Shown here piece after piece: positions 56,924 through 64,000 of a stretch of DNA of 64,000 nt. The DNA comes from a virus. The translations under genes and the position numbers were made by a program. The stretch lies in the IMG/VR virus record IMGVR_UViG_3300032116_000025. One strand, 5' to 3'. The notes below the pieces were generated by a model. The model saw only the letters and a list, made by a program, of their open reading frames with translations, did no database searches and was not told the DNA's origin. Position 1 is the first letter of the stretch. Every line of letters starts with the position of its first letter.

Positions 56924-57873
56924 CGCCTTGCGCCGACCATTCTCAGCTGCTGCACCATTTGTGAGCGAACCCGCCGGGCGTAGTCCCAGTGAACCAGCAA
57001 GCGATATACCGCATTTCCGGGCCCGTTGTCAGGAAGACCGTCTACTGCGCGCACGATTGGCATGGCCTTGCGGGCTTTCCAAAGAGATTCAGAGGTTTTC
57101 TTTGCCTCCTCAAACTCTCCCGGCAGTTTCTCTAGCTTCCTATGGCCGCACGATACACAGCGCACATCGTTGTCGTCGCGGTTAATCGTGTTGCAGCGCT
57201 CGCACTGGATCTTCGGGTCGTCTAGTTCCCGCTGAGCAAAATGAAGCGGATCCGGTGCGTAATGGATCCCGTCCTCTTTTAAAACGGCTGCTACGTACTT
57301 GTCTACCTCTGTCCCGGTGGACCTCTTTGGGTCCGTCAGCCGCATCAGATCGGCCATCACGAAAAGGTGCCCGATCTCAGGAGACTCTAGGTAGACGATG
57401 TTTGGCTGCTGGCCCGATAGTCCGCGGGCTACCCAGTGAAACACCTCCCACCGGCGCCAAGGCGCCGGGGAAGCAAGCAGCACAAACACAGAGAGGATCT
57501 TTGCGTAAGCGCTGTTAGACAGCTGAATGCCGTCCTTCTCTAGCGTCTGCTGAACCGTCACGGGCATCCAGCCCGTGACGTCCTCACCGTACCGGTCAAT
57601 CAGCATCAAGGCGAGCACCATGGGGTGCGCGTCTGGGTGCTTCCAGATGTTATCCGGTGTAATTGTAGGTGACGTAACGTCATCTACAGCAGCTGTCTTG
57701 CTGCCGAGAATGCCCCACTCTTGCGCGCAGCTTACCGCGCTATCAACCAAACTCTCGGTTGATACGGTGGGGCACTCATACGGCTCTTCAGTAGGGGCGT
57801 CGTTGAACGCCGTAGCGGAGCCGCCCGCTGGAGGCCAGCTCCGCCAGTGCGAGGAGTCTAACTCCATGGTCAA
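56920..57873 (-). CDS. hypothetical virion-module protein with CxxC..CxxC ribbon
   Basis: 317 aa; CERC...CVSC; SKTAA motif. Confidence 0.75.
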   Translation of the reverse strand: MTMELDSSHWRSWPPAGGSATAFNDAPTEEPYECPTVSTESLVDSAVSCAQEWGILGSKTAAVDDVTSPTITPDNIWKHPDAHPMVLALMLIDRYGEDVTGWMPVTVQQTLEKDGIQLSNSAYAKILSVFVLLASPAPWRRWEVFHWVARGLSGQQPNIVYLESPEIGHLFVMADLMRLTDPKRSTGTEVDKYVAAVLKEDGIHYAPDPLHFAQRELDDPKIQCERCNTINRDDNDVRCVSCGHRKLEKLPGEFEEAKKTSESLWKARKAMPIVRAVDGLPDNGPGNAVYRLLVHWDYARRVRSQMVQQLRMVGARR

Positions 57874-58565
57874 CCCGCCGGGTCGACCTCATACGAGAGT
57901 GCGTAGTCATGCGTCCCATCTGGCGCCGCCGCTGGCGTGTAAAGGCGGCCGTCAAGGGTAGCCGTTGGCGGGTCAATCAGGGCGCCGTCCATCACCTCGC
58001 GGAAGATCGCAGCAAGGCCCGCGCGGGTCTTGACGGCTCCAAACAAACCCAGCGCCGCCCCGTACCCGATCTTAAACGTGCCGGTCGTAAGCAGGTTGGC
58101 CGGGATCTGGACCTCCTCAATCGTCTGGAGGCCACGGCGCTCCGTCGACGTAAGGACGTCGTTACCGTCGTCGTTGGGCTGCACAAAGTTAAGCGTCACC
58201 CGCTCGCCGTAGCAAGTCCCAATGACCTTAATGGTACCCGTGCTAAACGCGTTCGCCGTGTTTGAGCGGGTAATGACGATCTCACGGGCAAGGCTGCCGG
58301 GGGTCGAGGAGGCTAGAAAGCTTCCAGCCGACGCGCGCAAGGTTACCGCCGACGTTGAGCCGTTGAAGGGGGCCTTGAAATAGGCGTCATCCGCGACGGC
58401 AGGGTTTGTAAACTCGTCTGTACGGATAAACCCGCCGGACTCAAGGAGCCCAAACGCCGCATCGACGTCAAGGCGCAGATCGTAGATCTCCGCGGCCTGA
58501 CCACCGGGGCCGACAATCAGGTGGGGCTTACGCGGGTTTGACGCACCAAAATGACGAGAGGACAT
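57870..58565 (-). CDS. virion structural protein (beta-rich; decoration-like)
   Basis: 231 aa, SD AAGGAG, G/T/A-rich. Confidence 0.75.
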   Translation of the reverse strand: MSSRHFGASNPRKPHLIVGPGGQAAEIYDLRLDVDAAFGLLESGGFIRTDEFTNPAVADDAYFKAPFNGSTSAVTLRASAGSFLASSTPGSLAREIVITRSNTANAFSTGTIKVIGTCYGERVTLNFVQPNDDGNDVLTSTERRGLQTIEEVQIPANLLTTGTFKIGYGAALGLFGAVKTRAGLAAIFREVMDGALIDPPTATLDGRLYTPAAAPDGTHDYALSYEVDPAG

Positions 58566-58593
58566 AGTAGATCTCCTTCAGTTCGTTAGACAA

Positions 58594-60105
58594 TCAGATG
58601 CGGAAGGTCTGGGACGAGTTATCCGACGCGAGGCGCGATAGTACCACCTTTTGCGGATCGGGCATGGACTTGAAGATTCCCACGGGGTCGGTCTGGAACG
58701 ACTGGCTGAACCCCGACCCAAACGTAGTGTCTAGGTCTGCTCGACGGGAGGCCAGAGCTTTCAGCATCGCGCCGCTGACGTAGTCGCCACCGCTTCGCCA
58801 GGAGTACACGTCCTCTTCCGCGGGCTGAGCCTCGCTGAGCTTAGGCTGGCCGTAAACTGCCTCATAAGGGTCGCGGAACCCGACCCCGGGACGACCGTAT
58901 ACAAGGTCTGCACCCGATTCGTGATCTGCTTCACGAAGCATGTCTGCCATGATGTTAGGGCTGATCGAGCTGACTTTTTCAAGGAGCAACTCGTAAACCT
59001 CTTCGTGTCCGCTACCCGCGTAACTAGAGACCCGAGCGTGCAACTCCGGGTGAATAAACGGGCCGTACTCGACACCCCCGTAAGCAAGAGCAGACCCGGA
59101 GATCTTAACCCCAAGCTCGTCCGCGCGGCCCAAAACCGACTGCGAGAACACCCGCCGGTCTAGTGGGGAGAACGAGTAAAGGTGCTCGTCTAAGTACGCC
59201 GACGCGGTTTTAAGCTGGTTGACGGTGTCGATTGGGTAGAGACCCTTGTGGGGCATCGCAAAGTGCTGGTGCGATGCCTCCTTGTGGCGAACCGGGGAAG
59301 ACTCGTGGGTAAGGTCTACCGAGACACCCAGCGAGGATGTCTTAGAGGTCACGCCGGCAGAGCGGAGGGGACTTGCCTTTGCGTGCCCCCGGCGCTGCTG
59401 GTGGCTCATGGCCTCGGTGTTGTTTAGGTCCGCGACCTTCTTCGCTTGCTCCGCAAACTCTCCATGCTGTACTTGCCGGTCAAGCTTGCGGTGCGTCGGC
59501 CCATGCTGGGAGAACTGGTCTAGCGGGCCAAAAATGTAACCCGACTCTGGGCCCTCGGCACGCTGCATGGCGGCGTCCTGGTCCATTGTAAGCTGGATCT
59601 CCCGCCCCGACGCTACCTTTGCGCCCGCCATCTGATTGGCGCGGAAGACTTCCATACGCTCACGGCCCTTGGCGTTTTCTTCGCGGGCTGAGTTCGCAGC
59701 GTCCCCAATACCCTGACCAATGGTAAGCGCGTTCATCGCCATGTTAAGGAGCGCTTCCTTCTTCAAGAAGCTTGGCGGGTCCTGGTCGTACCAGCCGCAC
59801 CCCTCTACTAAGTTTGAGGCTACCTTTGCCCGTACATGATCCGGAAGAAGGTGTCCGCACTCTGCAAAGTAGAGGATGGAAGTAGCGAGGTGCCCCTCGT
59901 CATGCATAGCAAACTTGCGGAGTGTGTCCCCGTGATTGCTTGCTACTAGTGCAAACAACCGGTCCGGTAGACGCTCCAGCTCCTCGTGGTCTAGCAGACG
60001 AGAGGAGGCAAGCTTCTGGGGCAGCGAGCGCCCAGCCATCTTGTTTCGGAGAACGACTCCCTTTGGGTCGTCGTAAATGTCTAGGATCACGCCTGCGAGG
60101 TTCAT
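58594..60105 (-). CDS. head-associated KxA-rich protein with two LPD..FA / FA.P....YPID modules
   Basis: LERLPDRLFA...RKFAMHD and HFAMPHKGLYPID resemble DUF6582-like phage head modules. Confidence 0.75.
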   Translation of the reverse strand: MNLAGVILDIYDDPKGVVLRNKMAGRSLPQKLASSRLLDHEELERLPDRLFALVASNHGDTLRKFAMHDEGHLATSILYFAECGHLLPDHVRAKVASNLVEGCGWYDQDPPSFLKKEALLNMAMNALTIGQGIGDAANSAREENAKGRERMEVFRANQMAGAKVASGREIQLTMDQDAAMQRAEGPESGYIFGPLDQFSQHGPTHRKLDRQVQHGEFAEQAKKVADLNNTEAMSHQQRRGHAKASPLRSAGVTSKTSSLGVSVDLTHESSPVRHKEASHQHFAMPHKGLYPIDTVNQLKTASAYLDEHLYSFSPLDRRVFSQSVLGRADELGVKISGSALAYGGVEYGPFIHPELHARVSSYAGSGHEEVYELLLEKVSSISPNIMADMLREADHESGADLVYGRPGVGFRDPYEAVYGQPKLSEAQPAEEDVYSWRSGGDYVSGAMLKALASRRADLDTTFGSGFSQSFQTDPVGIFKSMPDPQKVVLSRLASDNSSQTFRI

Positions 60106-60145
60106 GCCTACAAAGATACTTCGTTAAACGTATGGGGGTCAACGG

Positions 60146-60153
60146 CCTATCAG
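60146..60153 (+). promoter_or_regulatory. CCTATCAG variant promoter core
   Basis: Divergent intergenic region, upstream of SD AAGGAGG and the ATG at 60172. Confidence 0.65.
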
Positions 60154-60171
60154 TATTTGCAAGGAGGTTTC

Positions 60172-60876
60172 ATGCGAGTACAGACGGGTCCGCAGGAAGA
60201 AAGCCCAATTCCGGGCAAACTGAAAAACTGCTCCTCGTGGGCCAAGTATGAAGCAGGCTACACAGGCGAGGCCGCCATGTGTAACGGAGGCCATTACGAC
60301 GGGGATTACTACGAGCCCTGCCCAGTGCAGTTCCACTGTAGGAACGAGACTGACGAGAAGAAGCGAAGGCTCACGGTCATGAACCCCGCCCAGCCCTTCG
60401 GCGGAAACCGGATCATTGCGTCGACGCCAAACATGCCGCAGCAGCAAACGCAGCATGCCGGTAACATGGACTTCGACTACCGAAGGTGGCGAGAGGACTA
60501 CGAGCGTAGACTAGCCCAGGCTCCGACTACAGCCCCGGCGCGCCCAGCGCAAATCGGCGGCGCACAGCCAGCCCGCCCTGCGTCACCCGCCGTAGCAGCT
60601 TCTGCTGCCCCGCAGCAGTTTCAGTACCCATCGACTCCGTATCCGGTCTACTATCCGCAGGCGATAACGCCGCCTACTCAGTTCCCGCAGACGATGCAAA
60701 CACAGTATGCGGCGCCTATCCCGTTCCACGCGGGCGGCATTACGCCGACTTTTCTGCCAGCCAACGGAGAGAGCGTCTGGTCTAGGCTGGGCAAGAACGT
60801 AGCCCAGGGCATGATCGGCTCAACCGGCTGGCATATCTTCGATCTAGCCCGGACCGTAGATTTCTTCGGCCGATGA
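60172..60876 (+). CDS. hypothetical protein (Cys cluster, Q/P-rich disordered middle)
   Basis: Strong SD before the ATG at 60172. Confidence 0.8.
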   Translation: MRVQTGPQEESPIPGKLKNCSSWAKYEAGYTGEAAMCNGGHYDGDYYEPCPVQFHCRNETDEKKRRLTVMNPAQPFGGNRIIASTPNMPQQQTQHAGNMDFDYRRWREDYERRLAQAPTTAPARPAQIGGAQPARPASPAVAASAAPQQFQYPSTPYPVYYPQAITPPTQFPQTMQTQYAAPIPFHAGGITPTFLPANGESVWSRLGKNVAQGMIGSTGWHIFDLARTVDFFGR

Positions 60877-60884
60877 GGTAGCAG

Positions 60885-62288
60885 ATGAGGTTTACTCGAC
60901 GGGACCCAGGAGCCGGGTACCTAGATAACTGGCTATGGATCCCTAAGACCCACATGTCCGTGCTTCAAGCAAGAAGCGCGTTTTCCTACGTGACCCCCAA
61001 GATGGAGGTCATCAACGCGTGGGCGGAGGAACCTCATCACTTTCGGGTGCCGCGGAACTACCTGAGTTCCGCGGCACTTGGGAGTATGCCGTTCCCTGTC
61101 TACGACGCGAGGTTTAAGAGCTTCCCGCGCGTCAACATTTCTTCCCTAGTAAAGCTGGACTCTAAGGAGCCGACTAAGACCTACCAGCAAGACGGGAGCG
61201 ATGCGTTACTTGCAACGCACGATGGTGTTCTTTGTCTTCGCTGCGGAGCTGGAAAAACCGTTGTCGGCCTTCACAGCGCAGCCCAACTAAAAGTGCCCAT
61301 CCTGATCATGGTCACCAACAAGGGGTTGGCCCGCCAGTGGATGGACGAGATCACTCAGTTCTTAGGCGTGCCCACGGAAGACATTGGGCGTGTAGGAGGT
61401 GACGGCAGCCCGTTTGATTGGGAAAAGCCGATCACGGTAGCGATGGTACAAACTATCGCCTCACGGGTGTCTAGCGGAACGCTACCAGCGGAAATGACCC
61501 GACACTTCGGGGTTATTCTTTGTGATGAGGCGCATCTTATGGGCGCCCCGTACTTCAACACCGCTGTTCCGCCGTTTCACGGAAGAAGGTGGGGACTGTC
61601 AGCCACCCCAAACCGAGACGACGGGTTTGACTCTCTGCTCCGGTACACGATCGGTAGCGTCGTCTACTCGTACCTGATTCCAGACCTTAAGCCGACGGTG
61701 TTCTTCAAAAGGCTACCGACACGCCCAGACTTTGCGAAGAAGGACGTAGTAGATCAAACGCACGACGTAGCAAAGAACCTACACTTCGGGATGCTCTACT
61801 CGTACTTTGCGTCTGACTGCCACGACAGGACAGACGAGATCGTCAAGGAAGTGCGGGCGGCTGTAGACGACGGTAGGCAGGTACTCGTCCTTACGCACAG
61901 CCGAGCCATGTGTGAGCTACTTGGGCAAAAACTACCGGGATCAGGCGTGTGTCACGGAGGCGTAAAGGAGGACGACCGGATTCGGCATATCAGGGAGTGC
62001 AACCCGGTTGTTGCCATTATGCAGCTGGGCAAAGAGGCGCTGAACAAGCCCAGCTTAGACACGCTGTTCGTATGCGAGCCGTTTACGAAAAAGGGCGCGC
62101 TTCAACAAACAATGGGCAGGGTACTTCGGGCATTCTCTGGAAAGAAATCGCCCATCGTAGTTTTCTTTGAAGACGTGCACATCCGGCCGTTGCTACTGAT
62201 GTGCAACAAGATTCGTCAATCCCTAATCCGTTGGCCGTCGTTTAAGGGCGGATCAATCCCGTTCAAGATCATAAAAGTAAAGGAATGA
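60885..62288 (+). CDS. superfamily 2 DNA helicase (UvsW/XPB-like)
   Basis: CGAGKT, DEAH, SATP.R.DG, QTMGRVLR. Confidence 0.92.
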   Translation: MRFTRRDPGAGYLDNWLWIPKTHMSVLQARSAFSYVTPKMEVINAWAEEPHHFRVPRNYLSSAALGSMPFPVYDARFKSFPRVNISSLVKLDSKEPTKTYQQDGSDALLATHDGVLCLRCGAGKTVVGLHSAAQLKVPILIMVTNKGLARQWMDEITQFLGVPTEDIGRVGGDGSPFDWEKPITVAMVQTIASRVSSGTLPAEMTRHFGVILCDEAHLMGAPYFNTAVPPFHGRRWGLSATPNRDDGFDSLLRYTIGSVVYSYLIPDLKPTVFFKRLPTRPDFAKKDVVDQTHDVAKNLHFGMLYSYFASDCHDRTDEIVKEVRAAVDDGRQVLVLTHSRAMCELLGQKLPGSGVCHGGVKEDDRIRHIRECNPVVAIMQLGKEALNKPSLDTLFVCEPFTKKGALQQTMGRVLRAFSGKKSPIVVFFEDVHIRPLLLMCNKIRQSLIRWPSFKGGSIPFKIIKVKE

Positions 62289-62289
62289 T

Positions 62290-62712
62290 ATGAGCCTGAA
62301 GGTGAACCTCGGTAACTCAGAGATCGTCATTGACCGCGCGGGACAGAACCAGGACTGGCAGAAGCGAGTCGTGGTTGTGGCAACTCCGCCGGTTCGCTAC
62401 GTGGGCATTCTGAGCACGGATGATGAGGCGCAGGCGCTAGAGGGCAAGGCGTTCTGGGTGTACGCAGCAGTCAGCTACTTCTGCAACGTCTCTGTCATCA
62501 ACACCCCGGAAGGCCAAAAGATCGGAGCTATTCCTCAGATCCTTGCCGGGTACGATCTGGTAGAGCCGGTTCAGCGCGTTCGGATTTGCTCTCCCCAGCA
62601 TTGGTTCTTTGCGCACGAACAGAGCGAGCGTCTTCGAGAGTTGTTCATCGAGGGGTACCTCTCCGTGTTTGACCCTCCCAGGGTACAGCTTGCGCGGCCG
62701 GGTACTCGGTGA
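62290..62712 (+). CDS. hypothetical protein
   Basis: 140 aa, SD AAGGA. Confidence 0.75.
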   Translation: MSLKVNLGNSEIVIDRAGQNQDWQKRVVVVATPPVRYVGILSTDDEAQALEGKAFWVYAAVSYFCNVSVINTPEGQKIGAIPQILAGYDLVEPVQRVRICSPQHWFFAHEQSERLRELFIEGYLSVFDPPRVQLARPGTR

Positions 62713-63392
62713 ACGCAAAGAGCGAGTTACTACGAGTGAAGAAGGACTGGGAAGGCTGCACTCGGTGCGGCCTTTCTCAGATCCGGCCAAAGGACTCTCA
62801 CGTAGTGTTTGGGTGGGGCGCTATACCCGCCGACTACCTATTCGTGTACGACGCTCCAAGCGAGGAAGAAACTCACTCTGGAGTTCCGCTTGTAGGCCGC
62901 TACGGAGACGTCCTCGAAAAGGTTATTGAGGACGCCGAGTTTGCCAGCGGATCATGGGCAATTACTCCCACGGTAGGTTGCCGACCGTACTTCGTCCTTC
63001 CAGCAACGGAGGACGTACAGGAACAAGTAAGGGATCGGGACCCTGCTGACGAAGAGCTAGACGCGTGTGCTAGCCGACTCACGTCAGTGATCTATCACAT
63101 CGATCCCAGGGTCATCATCGCCGTTGGCGCGGTGCCCTGGGAGCGGCTTGTTCGTCCAAAAGATCGCGGGGAGTACAGCACGTTTGAATCCGCATGCGGA
63201 AACCTGTTTGTAGCAACCGTTCAGGGGGTTAGGGACCAGGTTCTTTACCCTCTGGTTCCTATCCCATCTCCCAAGAAGATCATTGCTAACCCCAGCTCCG
63301 CTAAGCATGGACCCGTCGCGGTTACCGCAAACGTACTGAAGAAGATCCAGTACTACGTAAACCAGCTAAAGAGGATGGAGGAAAAGAAATGA
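62709..63392 (+). CDS. family-4 uracil-DNA glycosylase-like protein (degenerate active site)
   Basis: CTRC, VFGWG, DAP..EE...G.PLVG..G, CRP, AC, P.VIIAVG. Confidence 0.75.
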   Translation: MNAKSELLRVKKDWEGCTRCGLSQIRPKDSHVVFGWGAIPADYLFVYDAPSEEETHSGVPLVGRYGDVLEKVIEDAEFASGSWAITPTVGCRPYFVLPATEDVQEQVRDRDPADEELDACASRLTSVIYHIDPRVIIAVGAVPWERLVRPKDRGEYSTFESACGNLFVATVQGVRDQVLYPLVPIPSPKKIIANPSSAKHGPVAVTANVLKKIQYYVNQLKRMEEKK

Positions 63393-63811
63393 ACATGAAG
63401 GTGATCCCGCTCAAGGTGCAGGCTTCTATTGCTAAGTACGAGTCGGCGCGTGAGACGCTTCGCGCTTTTGAACTCGCAAACGCCCGGTTTGTAGAAGAGT
63501 ATGGGATGCTGCGGTCCGCCTACAATGACGCCGTTGAGGCCGTGGCAGAGGTGTACCGAGAGAATGCGGACACCATCGGCAACAAGCTGGGTGATTTCAG
63601 CTTGCGCCAGCGCATCGAGGTAGACCCGCACAAGCTGATGGACCTGCTTGGGCCAGAGGCGGTTACCCGTGGGTACATCAAGACGGAGCTAGCGGTTGAC
63701 CGCAAGGAGTACGACCGGGGCGTAAAGAGCGGGGATATCCCCGGCGACGTGGCGCAGGCCTCCGAGAAGCGGCTTCCTCCGGCGGTGATGAAGCCGCGCA
63801 AGTCTGAGTGA
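63389..63811 (+). CDS. hypothetical protein
   Basis: 140 aa, SD GGAGG, ATGA overlap. Confidence 0.75.
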   Translation: MNMKVIPLKVQASIAKYESARETLRAFELANARFVEEYGMLRSAYNDAVEAVAEVYRENADTIGNKLGDFSLRQRIEVDPHKLMDLLGPEAVTRGYIKTELAVDRKEYDRGVKSGDIPGDVAQASEKRLPPAVMKPRKSE

Positions 63812-64000
63812 CCTACCAAGCAACCGTCAGCGTAGAGATCAAAGACGGAAAACGAACTCTCTACACTATCGGCAGCAGCATCGCTACGTACCAAGACACG
63901 CACTACGAAAGCCCCATGGGAAACAAAGAAAAGTACAAAGACCTACTAGGCGACGGAAACGCAAGGGTGTCTATCGGCATGGACGAGCGTATTGCCGGAC
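63808..64000 (+). CDS. hypothetical protein, 3'-truncated
   Basis: GTGA overlap; frame is open to the window end (MTYQATVSVEIKDG...). Confidence 0.6.
   Translation, partial: MTYQATVSVEIKDGKRTLYTIGSSIATYQDTHYESPMGNKEKYKDLLGDGNARVSIGMDERIAG

Overview
This window is part of the genome of a large contractile-tailed dsDNA phage, roughly 60% GC by eye. Gene function is split by strand. The minus strand carries essentially all virion genes: portal, GpA-type large terminase, Zn-insert prohead protease, scaffold-like proteins, major capsid, neck, tail sheath, tail tube and a spike-like protein. It also carries a 2067-aa single-chain fused beta-beta' RNA polymerase with catalytic motif NGDIDGD. Plus-strand blocks interleaved between these carry non-structural genes: small hypotheticals, a PARP-like ADP-ribosyltransferase, 8 tRNAs, GyrB, a MoxR-like ATPase with a VWA/metallopeptidase partner, an SF2 helicase and a UDG-4-like protein. 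Four patterns stand out beyond the gene list. (1) An apparent private transcription grammar on the plus strand: a [C/G]CTAT[A/C]AG promoter-like octamer (13 copies found by eye) and terminators ending in TTGC(C/T), six of them with a 3'-arm bulge. Several minus-strand operons, including the RNAP gene, instead look leaderless behind a TAnnnT box. (2) A pervasive K-x-A/S motif in head-associated proteins that appears to delimit propeptides and cargo modules (InPase-like, permuted NlpC/P60, ferritin-like, Gly-rich membrane helices). (3) Two unannotated, highly structured RNA-like segments inside the tRNA array. (4) All eight tRNAs have U34 anticodons. All assignments come from motif recognition by eye; no database searches were run.
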